A stretch of DNA of 64,000 nucleotides, taken from IMG/VR virus record IMGVR_UViG_3300028886_000070, positions 31,070 through 95,069 of that record. One strand, given 5' to 3'. Below the pieces are notes generated by a model that made no database searches, was not told where the DNA came from, and saw only the letters and a program-made list of their open reading frames with translations. This document shows, piece after piece, positions 46,432 through 53,780 of this stretch (the stretch's first letter is position 1; every line of letters begins with the position of its first letter). Origin of the DNA: a virus. Taxonomy: Duplodnaviria; Caudoviricetes. Both the position numbers and the translations under genes were made by a program.

Positions 46432-46687
46432 CGGCTGTCGGGAAGTTTTCGCCCGGCCTTCTGGAGGGGAGGGGCCCGCCTGCGCACCGGCTTATTCAGG
46501 TAATCCCCCTATCCCTGTGGAATCGCCGCAGGACGGCTATCGTCGGCACTTCGTTCCTCGTGCCTCCTCCCGCCGCCCTGCGGCCACCCGCCCCGCCAGG
46601 GAAGCCTTCGGAATCAGACGCTGTGCGGGGAAACCCCGCACGCGTCGCACGCCACGGTGGGCGTGCAGCAGAACAAGGAGTGCAGAC

Positions 46688-47050
46688 ATGAAAGCTGTAG
46701 ATTACATCGGCTGCTTCGTTTCCCAGAAGGGAAACGTCAGCATCGCCTTCGGGCCGGAGGCCGAAGGCTACTTCGCGTTCGGGTCGGACGTTGACGCGTC
46801 CGCCGCCGAACAGCTCAAGGCCCTGCTGGTCAAGAAGACCAGCAAGGCCGGCCGCGAGTACCTCGGTACTCCCGGCCCCGTCGAAGTTGACTTCGACGTG
46901 CTGGACAAGACCCAGCGCACCGACGACGACGGGAACGTCCTCGTCGGCGACGACAAGCGTCCCCTCTGGGACACGCATGTCGTCATCCACGCCGTGACGG
47001 GTCGTCCCGACACCATCTCGGCGTGGGTCAAGGAGCAGCTCCCCGCGTGA
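46688..47050 (+). CDS. Hypothetical protein (120 aa)
   Basis: RBS AAGGAG; MKAVDYIGCF; strong codon bias. Confidence 0.7.
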   Translation: MKAVDYIGCFVSQKGNVSIAFGPEAEGYFAFGSDVDASAAEQLKALLVKKTSKAGREYLGTPGPVEVDFDVLDKTQRTDDDGNVLVGDDKRPLWDTHVVIHAVTGRPDTISAWVKEQLPA

Positions 47051-47071
47051 CGCGGGGGCCTGCGCCTTGAC

Positions 47072-47312
47072 GGGAAGCCGCGGAAACGCGGCTTCCTCTG
47101 TTCCGGCGCTGACGCGTCGGAACAAGGAGCGCGACATTCCAGGTTGTCTGCGCTCACGACGCCAGTCGCGCCGGCGACTGGACACTCGGCGTCCACGGCT
47201 GGCAAGGTGCTTCGAGCCTTGGCCGGAGGAGGGGAGACCGTCTCCCCTGCCCAACGCCGTCCCGCCCCGGACCCGAGAGCAACGGACTCGGGTGGCCGGG
47301 GACCGGCGACCA
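47072..47312 (+). ncRNA. Tandem-hairpin structured RNA or leader
   Basis: At least 6 consecutive strong hairpins, e.g. GAAGCCGCG-GAAA-CGCGGCTTC, CCAGTCGC/GCGACTGG, AGGGGAGA/TCTCCCCT. Confidence 0.5.
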
Positions 47313-47331
47313 TTTCAGCAAGGAGGACATC

Positions 47332-47502
47332 ATGGCTATCAAGAGTCACGTGGAATACAAGGCCGCCTTGGCGGCCTGGGCTTCCCGCACTCGCTCGGAA
47401 CCCCTGGATTCCTTCCGGGGTCCGGGCGTGTACGAGGGAACCGGATGGATGTCGGACGAGTGGCGTCCGATCTGCACCCTCGAAAAACGCGGCGAGTTGT
47501 GA
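47332..47502 (+). CDS. Small hypothetical protein (56 aa)
   Basis: AAGGAGG RBS; MAIKSHVEYKAALAAW. Confidence 0.6.
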   Translation: MAIKSHVEYKAALAAWASRTRSEPLDSFRGPGVYEGTGWMSDEWRPICTLEKRGEL

Positions 47503-47552
47503 ACAGGCTGTTGATAACTCGCTATAACTAACAAAAACGCGTTTTTCGAGGG
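47477..47552. repeat. 15-bp perfect inverted repeat with nested inverted repeats
   Basis: CCCTCGAAAAACGCG / CGCGTTTTTCGAGGG, with inner GCGAGTT/AACTCGC. Confidence 0.75.
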
Positions 47553-47574
47553 GTTCGAGGGGACTGGCGCTGGA

Positions 47575-47945
47575 GTTATGTCAACTACAAAACCGTATCT
47601 TTTCTATTTGCGCCTACTTGTAGCGGGGAGGCGTGCGCGGCAGCGCCCAAGGTTTCCAAGGTCGAGCCCGTTCCCAAGCCACCCCATTTCTCTTCTATAT
47701 ACTATATTATCTTTAGAGTGAAAAAATAATATATATAAGGGAATAAGGGTATAGGGGGTAGGCAGAGGGGGTAGAGAGCGTCCCCATGTGGACACTGTGT
47801 GTGGAAATCAGTTGAGTGAGGACTTTTCCAACGACTTTTCCAACAATGCTCTCATAGTTCACCATTTCTATCCGTTCGAGCGAGCGGACTGGCACATTCC
47901 AAGAGCCGGAGTAGTGAAAAAGACTTTCGACTTTTCTCGATTAGG
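47575..47945. other. AT-rich non-coding region with short direct repeats (possible origin or packaging/terminus site)
   Basis: The longest strongly AT-rich stretch in the window; GACTTTTCCAAC x2 at 47821-47844. Confidence 0.4.
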
Positions 47946-47947
47946 GG

Positions 47948-47976
47948 TTGTTTTCCACCGAGTTTTATGGTACAAT
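47948..47976 (+). promoter_or_regulatory. sigma70-type promoter
   Basis: TTGTTT-N17-TACAAT with TGGTACAAT. Confidence 0.6.
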
Positions 47977-48012
47977 GTAGGCAATTCCAACAAACCACAA
48001 GGAGACCAAATT

Positions 48013-48567
48013 ATGAATTATCGCAAGCTCGAGATGTTCGGCAGGGAGTACCGCCGGACCGATTCGATGCCGATCGGAGTGTGGGTTGCCGAGGACGGGC
48101 ACGTCATCACGAAGCGCGTGGTCGACGAAGCGTACCGCGGAACCCTTGTCCAGATCAAGGGACAGAACAGCTTCTATGCGGCGGCGGGCATGTCCGTGAA
48201 GGACGGCCTCGCCACGGGGACACGAGTGCAGCGCACCGTGTCCTCGCTCGTGTACGAGGCGTTCAAGGGCGTCATCCTGCCGCCCGGCAGGCACATGGCC
48301 CACCTCAACGGAGACACCCTCGACAATTCCCTCGCCAACCTGCGCCCCGCCCCGAGGCAGGACCGCATGGTGGCGATGGTGGACGTCGAGACCGGGGAGA
48401 CCCTGGACGTCTTCCGCAACGTGAGGACGGCCGCGGCCGCCGCGAAGATTCCTCCCGCGTTCGTGCGCGTGTGCCTCGAGGGCCGCGTGCGCAAGGCGGG
48501 AGGCTACGCGTGGCGGTGGGACGACAACGACCCCGAGCCGGAGCCGCTCGTCCTCGTCGAGGATTGA
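48013..48567 (+). CDS. HNH endonuclease-like protein with C-terminal NUMOD1-type domain (184 aa)
   Basis: LVYEAF...HLNGDTLDNSLANL; C-terminal F.NVRTAA...CLEGRVRKAGGYAWRW; RBS AAGGAG. Confidence 0.8.
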   Translation: MNYRKLEMFGREYRRTDSMPIGVWVAEDGHVITKRVVDEAYRGTLVQIKGQNSFYAAAGMSVKDGLATGTRVQRTVSSLVYEAFKGVILPPGRHMAHLNGDTLDNSLANLRPAPRQDRMVAMVDVETGETLDVFRNVRTAAAAAKIPPAFVRVCLEGRVRKAGGYAWRWDDNDPEPEPLVLVED

Positions 48568-48578
48568 TCCATCTTACG

Positions 48579-48921
48579 CGTCCCGTGATGCAAAACGGAA
48601 GACATCCCCGGCCGACAGGTCACAGGGGTCGAGCCGATGCAAAACCGGGTTGAGCCGTGCGCGATAAATGCCGAGCGCTAAAAGGTGCGCCGGTCGGGTA
48701 GGGCGGGAGATATAGCGGTCGGCATGACGAGTACCACATGGGTTAGCGAGGACTTTGGCCGGTATGGCATTTCGCCTTCGCCACGACCCCATGAAGAGGA
48801 AAGCATGCGGCTGGACCGTGAATTGTACCGTTCCGCTCCGTGAGACTCGGAGTACGCGTGCCCCGACGGTGCGCCTGGAAGTAGTGGCGGCGTGCGGGTT
48901 CGATCCCCGCCGGGACGACCA
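48579..48921 (+). ncRNA. tRNA-ended 343-nt RNA (tmRNA-like size and architecture)
   Basis: 7-bp acceptor CGTCCCG/CGGGACG, T-arm GCGGG-TTCGATC-CCCGC, 3' ACCA; lacks G3:U70. Confidence 0.6.
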
Positions 48922-49082
48922 CTTGGGCTCGACGTTCGTTCGAGACTTCATGAGCCCATCGGACAAATAAAGGAGAGACTCGACGACCGGGGCCTAACCG
49001 GTCGCAAAACCCAAAATGGCAGGCGCGCGTGGCGTCGAGAATAGCGGAGCAGGAAGCCCGCGACCACGCATTTAGATTTCAT

Positions 49083-49186
49083 GGAGACCGCGCACGGCAA
49101 GGACGACCAGGCCGATCACCTGCGGGGGTTCGAGTCCCCCGGCCGCATGGCGCACGCCGGCCACGGGGCCCGGCCGGCAGGTCTCC
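49083..49186 (+). ncRNA. Structured RNA with a permuted tRNA-like domain
   Basis: Terminal GGAGACC/GGTCTCC, T-arm GGGGG-TTCGAGT-CCCCC, then loop-closed GGCCG/CGGCC stem. Confidence 0.5.
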
Positions 49187-49192
49187 GCCTTT

Positions 49193-49338
49193 TAGGACAC
49201 GGCATGAGTCCGCCGAGGTCGCAGGTTCGAGTCCTGCCCGGTGGCGAATGGTGGTAGTAGAGGCGACGGAACCCACTTACCCGACCCGAGACCGACCGGT
49301 GGCGCAGCGGCAGCGCGCGTGCGGCATGCCGTGTCCTA
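49193..49338 (+). ncRNA. Circularly permuted tRNA mimic (Y RNA/YrlA-like topology)
   Basis: 14-bp terminal helix. The T-arm and 3' acceptor strand precede the 5' acceptor strand and D-arm GCGC-AGCGGCA-GCGC. Confidence 0.7.
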
Positions 49339-49350
49339 TTCCATCTTCGC

Positions 49351-49547
49351 TGCACCCGCAACACGCGTGCGGACGCTCGGGGAGCCGACGTGCGGTGGCG
49401 CGACGTCGGCCCGGAAAGTCGTCACCGACAGAAGACGCCGGGGCCAGCAGGACCCCGTGAAAGACCTGCGCAAGGCGGTGGGAGCCCGCTTGCACCTCAC
49501 AGGGAAAGCCCGACGCCGGGCAGGCGGTTCGAGTCCGCGGGGGTGCA
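49351..49547 (+). ncRNA. 197-nt multi-hairpin RNA with tRNA-like acceptor and T-arm ends
   Basis: TGCACCC/GGGTGCA, GCGG-TTCGAGT-CCGC, and several internal hairpins. Confidence 0.55.
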
Positions 49548-50161
49548 TCTTTCGATTTCCTTCCCGACCGGACGGGAGAGGAGCCGCGAGGATTCCGCGG
49601 TGCGCGCGGCAAGCCAGCCGCCCGTAGGGGAGCTCCGGGCTTCCCGAAGGGAGAGGAGTGCCGCCACGCGCACAAAATTGCATACTATGCCGCCGTAGGG
49701 ACGGTACACCCCGAAGGCGGGAAAGACGAATCCAGTCAGTCACGGACAAGTGCGTCTCCGTGCAACTTTAACCCCGAGCGTCCCCGGGGCCCTTGCATGC
49801 AGGGAACGCGGACGCTGACCCACTGTGAGGAAGTGGACTGCCGGGAGCTGACCCCGGATAGAGCCAGGCATATCCCATTAGTCCGCTCGATAAAATGGAC
49901 GCGGGACGCCGATGGAGGCAACGACAGTAGTCTCCGGGCGGCGGGTCTTCGGGCCCGCCGTCCTCATCCTCTTTGCAAGCCGCGAGCCTCTGGCGGGACT
50001 GCGTACGGAGTCGACACGAGGCAAAGAAAGGTTCCCCGCGCCATCAATGCGGGAGTGCGGAGCTCGGCACCTCCAAAGAATAAACTGTCCGCGGTTGCCC
50101 GGCGACCGAGAGCCCCATCGGGGGTGCGCCGGGAGCTATTTCACCATAAAGGAGACGAATC

Positions 50162-50236
50162 ATGCCATACGATATTATGACAGCTTTGGCCGTGCTGGTC
50201 GCGGCCGCGTGCGTGCTACGTACAGTTCGCGCGTAA
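50162..50236 (+). CDS. Small hydrophobic peptide (24 aa)
   Basis: AAAGGAG RBS; MPYDIMTALAVLVAAACVLRTVRA. Confidence 0.5.
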   Translation: MPYDIMTALAVLVAAACVLRTVRA

Positions 50237-50335
50237 GAGCGTCAAGGAGCCGGAAAGCACGTGTCACTCCGGCTGGAGACCAAGGAGCGTGACCGGTCGC
50301 ATCTCTACGTGACCTATGCGACGAAACGCCGAGTG

Positions 50336-50402
50336 GCTGCCGTAAGCAGCTCCAATTCCGACCGGCCCGCCGTAAGGGGCCCGACTCGCCGCCGTAAGCG
50401 GC
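50336..50402 (+). repeat. Three hairpins with identical CGTAA loops
   Basis: GCTGC-CGTAA-GCAGC; GGCCCGC-CGTAA-GGGGCC; GCCGC-CGTAA-GCGGC. Confidence 0.7.
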
Positions 50403-50463
50403 CTTCGATTTCCGAGACGGTGCGGGTGCATCGTTTCAAGACACAACCGGAAAGGAACAGACA

Positions 50464-50799
50464 ATGAAGAACAAGAGAACAGTCAAGATCGGCGCCGTGT
50501 GGGCGCTGACGGCGTTCGCGGCCGCCGCGAGCGCGCACTTCGCGGACTGCCCGGAGAAGGGCTCCGCGTGGTTCGACGCCATCGAGAAGGTTCGCCCTCT
50601 CGTCGAGAAGTCCGACCGCGCCGTCACGCTCAAGGAGCTGAAGAAGCTCCCGACGTGGGCGCTCCAGGAGGTCGCGAAGGCGGCCGCCGAACGCCCCTTC
50701 CAGACGCGCCGCTACAAGGTCATCGCCGCCGGGCTGATGACCGAGTTCGAGCGCCGTCGCGCGGATCGCGCGATGAAGGAGGCGACGGAAAATGCCTAA
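50464..50799 (+). CDS. Early hypothetical protein (111 aa)
   Basis: RBS AAAGGA; coding bias. Confidence 0.7.
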   Translation: MKNKRTVKIGAVWALTAFAAAASAHFADCPEKGSAWFDAIEKVRPLVEKSDRAVTLKELKKLPTWALQEVAKAAAERPFQTRRYKVIAAGLMTEFERRRADRAMKEATENA

Positions 50800-51064
50800 A
50801 GCAGCGAAGCAGGTCGTCTGCACCGCGCACGACGTCGGGCCGACTATGGTCCGCGTCGTCGCGGACTGCCCGGAGTGCGGGAAGCGCTTCAGCTCCCCGC
50901 CCTTCGACCAGTCGAAGCTGAAGGAGCTGGAGACCCGCCACGTCCAGGACGTGTTCCCGGACTGGTCTCCGGCCGACCGCGAGCTCTACTTCATGTCGGG
51001 GCTGTGCGGCTCGTGCTGGGACAGGATCATGACCCCGCCGGAGGACGATAATGAGACTGTATGA
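50792..51064 (+). CDS. Zn-finger protein (90 aa)
   Basis: CPEC...CGSC. Confidence 0.75.
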   Translation: MPKAAKQVVCTAHDVGPTMVRVVADCPECGKRFSSPPFDQSKLKELETRHVQDVFPDWSPADRELYFMSGLCGSCWDRIMTPPEDDNETV

Positions 51065-51479
51065 CGCATTGAACCTCGGCTGGAGCGGGAACTCCGCCGA
51101 CGCGGGGGCGAAGATGGTCCACGCGGCCTTCGAGCGCTACCGCTCGTGGACGCGGGGCACGAACACCGAGACCGACGAGGTGAGGTTCCTCCTCGCCCCG
51201 GCCGAGAAGTACGCGGCGTTCACGTGGGAGCTGAAGACCGTCGTGAAGGTCAAGCCCAACCAGCAGCACGAGGGCAAGCTCGGAATCGTCGTGGGCTACG
51301 CTCACGCGATGGGCTGCGACACGTGGGTGCGGGTCAAGCTCTCCGACCGCGAGGAGAGCTTCCGCTGGGACGCCATCGAGGACGCGAAGATCCCGAGCGA
51401 CCTCATCGAGATCGCCATCGGGTGCCGCGACCGGATCAAGGACAAGGTGCATGCGAAAGTCGAAGAAGCGTTCGCGTAG
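51051..51479 (+). CDS. Early hypothetical protein, SH3/KOW-like C-terminal half (142 aa)
   Basis: RBS GGAGG; VKVKP...HEGKLGIVVG. Confidence 0.65.
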   Translation: MRLYDALNLGWSGNSADAGAKMVHAAFERYRSWTRGTNTETDEVRFLLAPAEKYAAFTWELKTVVKVKPNQQHEGKLGIVVGYAHAMGCDTWVRVKLSDREESFRWDAIEDAKIPSDLIEIAIGCRDRIKDKVHAKVEEAFA

Positions 51480-51678
51480 CAAGCTGGAGCACAAGCGCAA
51501 GGTCGCCGAGAAGCGGCGTGCGCGGGCGTTCTGGAAGCTGCGCGAGCAGTACCGCATGGAGACGGAGCGCGAGTTCGCCCCGCCTCCGATGCCAAAATGG
51601 ATGCGCTGCGGGTACGTGGCGGTGGCCGGCGGTCTCGTCGGCCTCGCCGTGTATCTCGTGGTGAAACTTTTTACCTAA
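51451..51678 (+). CDS. Basic protein with C-terminal TM helix (75 aa)
   Basis: YVAVAGGLVGLAVYLVVKLF. Confidence 0.6.
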   Translation: MRKSKKRSRSKLEHKRKVAEKRRARAFWKLREQYRMETEREFAPPPMPKWMRCGYVAVAGGLVGLAVYLVVKLFT

Positions 51679-51701
51679 AACACCAACAGGAGATGAATCA
51701 A

Positions 51702-52181
51702 ATGGGAGAATCCCGTTTCGAGAGATACGTCCGCGCGCAGCTCAAGGAGCAGACCGCGGCAAAGCGCGCTGCCCTCGAGGAGGCGTATAAGGTCGAGGTC
51801 GCGAAGATCGAGACCAAGGTCAAGGCGCTCGAGGAGATCGCGACGGAGGGGCTCAAGGCCCTGAACGCGAAGATCGACGCCGCCGCGAAAAAGCTGGGCT
51901 GGCACGTGAACGAAGGCAGCGACCCCGCCGTCGAGCTGGGGCGCAACTTCGACGGCGCGTGCGGCTACCGCTTCGTCGAGGCGCAGACCGAGTACGACTA
52001 CCCGCGCGGGTCGACGTACAAGAACGGGCCGGCGAAGGAGGCCAAGGACGCGCTCGACGCGTTCGACGCCGCCGTCGAGAAGGCCGCGACCAGGCTGGTC
52101 GTCGTGAAGATGGACCTCGGGATGAAGGCGGACGCCTTCGACAAGGCCCTCGCCGACGCCGTGGCCAAACTGTTGAAGTAA
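51702..52181 (+). CDS. Coiled-coil early protein (159 aa)
   Basis: RBS AGGAG; strong codon bias. Confidence 0.7.
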   Translation: MGESRFERYVRAQLKEQTAAKRAALEEAYKVEVAKIETKVKALEEIATEGLKALNAKIDAAAKKLGWHVNEGSDPAVELGRNFDGACGYRFVEAQTEYDYPRGSTYKNGPAKEAKDALDAFDAAVEKAATRLVVVKMDLGMKADAFDKALADAVAKLLK

Positions 52182-52194
52182 AGGAGACAATCAA

Positions 52195-52749
52195 ATGCAG
52201 AAGATCATAGACGGACACCTGTACGACACCGACCTCGCGAGGGAGGTGGCGGACAACTCGGAGTGGCTCGAGCCCATGAAGTCGCCCACGGGCGGCCGGT
52301 GCAAGGTCACGGAGACGCTCTACCGGGAGATCGCCCTCAAGCCGGGCGTCAGCCTCTCGGAGGCGCGCAAGAAGACGAGCTGGGGCGGCTACACGTGGGA
52401 CGACGACAAGATCGACTACGGGAACGGCGCCTTCTTCCTTGTCGCCGGCTTCGGCTGGAGCGGGAACGACGGCTCCACCGTCCACCCGCTCACGGAGGAC
52501 CAGGCGCGCCGCTGGTTCGAGCGCTACCACGGGGACAACGTGGAGAAGTACCGCAAAATCTTCGGGACGCCCACGACGTGCCTTCCCGAGTACCGGGAGG
52601 AGACGGAGCGGGAGCACGAGCTCCGCGAGCGCGAGGACGAGCTCAAGAACCTGCGCGAGCAGCTCGAGACCGTCAAGGCCGACCGGGACAACCTCAAGGA
52701 GAAGTTCTCCAAGGTTTCCGGGTGCCCGCTGACGCAGGCGGAGGTCTGA
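52195..52749 (+). CDS. Early hypothetical protein (184 aa)
   Basis: KIIDGHLYDTD...ETLYR...GAFFL...PLTEDQARRWFE, a common phage/ICE family pattern. Confidence 0.75.
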   Translation: MQKIIDGHLYDTDLAREVADNSEWLEPMKSPTGGRCKVTETLYREIALKPGVSLSEARKKTSWGGYTWDDDKIDYGNGAFFLVAGFGWSGNDGSTVHPLTEDQARRWFERYHGDNVEKYRKIFGTPTTCLPEYREETEREHELREREDELKNLREQLETVKADRDNLKEKFSKVSGCPLTQAEV

Positions 52750-52750
52750 C

Positions 52751-53263
52751 ATGTCGGACACGGCGAGCGAGCTGCACTCGATGGTGCAGAACATCGTCGA
52801 GGAGCTCGAGGCGGCCGTGGCCAGCACCCTCTACTGGGACGGCAACGGCTACCTCGTGATCGACGACATGGACGACTGGAAGGAGGAGCGGTACAAGGAG
52901 AAGGCGGACAAGTTCATCGAGACCCACGACGGAACGTGGGACGCGGACCTGTACGACTCCTTCGACGAGTACATGGAGGACGAGATCGGGACCGCCGACG
53001 ACGTCGACGAGCCCGACGAGGTCTCCCTCTCCGAGTACATCGAGAAGCAGGGCCTCGGGGACACGCGCTTCGAGGTCGACTCCTCGAAGCAGCTCCTCGG
53101 CGGCAAGACGCTCTTCACGTATGGCGGCCCGAACATCTGGGTCCACGACGACCAGGTGTGCGGCTACTGGGGCTCGGAGTCGGTCGAGATGTCGCTCGAC
53201 TCCGATACCAGGGACGCCCTGTTCTCGTGGTTCGAGGAGATGTGGGATGTCGTCTCCGGGTAG
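52751..53263 (+). CDS. Highly acidic early protein (170 aa)
   Basis: D/E-rich; TYGGPNIWV motif. Confidence 0.75.
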   Translation: MSDTASELHSMVQNIVEELEAAVASTLYWDGNGYLVIDDMDDWKEERYKEKADKFIETHDGTWDADLYDSFDEYMEDEIGTADDVDEPDEVSLSEYIEKQGLGDTRFEVDSSKQLLGGKTLFTYGGPNIWVHDDQVCGYWGSESVEMSLDSDTRDALFSWFEEMWDVVSG

Positions 53264-53264
53264 C

Positions 53265-53612
53265 GTGACCGTCCCGCTGACCGCGTGGGAGAGCCTCCTC
53301 TCGTTCTGGGAGGAGGCGCTCCAGCAGCGGTTCGACGAGATGAAGGAGTGTTGGGGCGGACCCGAGCACACGGCCCTCTGGCCCAAGCTCTACGAGCGCA
53401 TGAAGGAGGATGCGCACGAGGGCTTCATGTCGGAGATGGACGTGAACGTCCTCGTGGACAACTTCCTCGTGAACGGCGAGATCGTCGAGAGGGAGGAGTT
53501 CAAGGAGGGCGGCCAGTGGGAGTACTACTGGAAGAAGTACGGTGGCGAGTGGAACTCGTGCTGCGAGGACGCCATCGTGTACGACGACAACTACGCGCTG
53601 TTGAGGTTCTGA
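53265..53612 (+). CDS. Acidic early protein (~115 aa)
   Basis: VLVDNFLVNGE motif; start uncertain. Confidence 0.65.
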   Translation: MTVPLTAWESLLSFWEEALQQRFDEMKECWGGPEHTALWPKLYERMKEDAHEGFMSEMDVNVLVDNFLVNGEIVEREEFKEGGQWEYYWKKYGGEWNSCCEDAIVYDDNYALLRF

Positions 53613-53701
53613 TGAATACGGACTACGCGATATTCGTTCCGTGGCTGGCCGTCGTCTGCTGGCTCCTCTACCGGCTTATCCGGGAGGACTGCCGTGGATG
53701 A
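53612..53701 (+). CDS. Small TM peptide (29 aa)
   Basis: TGATG coupling; MNTDYAIFVPWLAVVCWLLYRLIREDCRG. Confidence 0.55.
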   Translation: MNTDYAIFVPWLAVVCWLLYRLIREDCRG

Positions 53702-53780
53702 CGTGCTGGCCGGGGCGTGGCTGCTTCTTCCGGCGGCCGCGCACATCTGGTACGTGTGGAAGACGAGAAAGGACAAGTAG
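53694..53780 (+). CDS. Small TM peptide (28 aa)
   Basis: GGAGG RBS, GTG start; MDDVLAGAWLLLPAAAHIWYVWKTRKDK. Confidence 0.5.
   Translation: MDDVLAGAWLLLPAAAHIWYVWKTRKDK

Noticed and set aside
49410-49445. RNase P RNA (GGAAAGTC...ACAGAA)
   Set aside because: Only short matches, wrong spacing and no supportable P4 pairing
48570-49550. Ordinary tRNA gene cluster
   Set aside because: T-arms are present, but no unit has a canonical 7-nt anticodon loop in normal order, so no tRNA identity can be assigned.
48574-50292. Short ORFs listed across the ncRNA region
   Set aside because: No RBS or codon bias, and they overlap on both strands. RNA structure explains the region better.
47477-50460. CRISPR array or mini-array
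   Set aside because: No regularly spaced identical repeats with unique spacers
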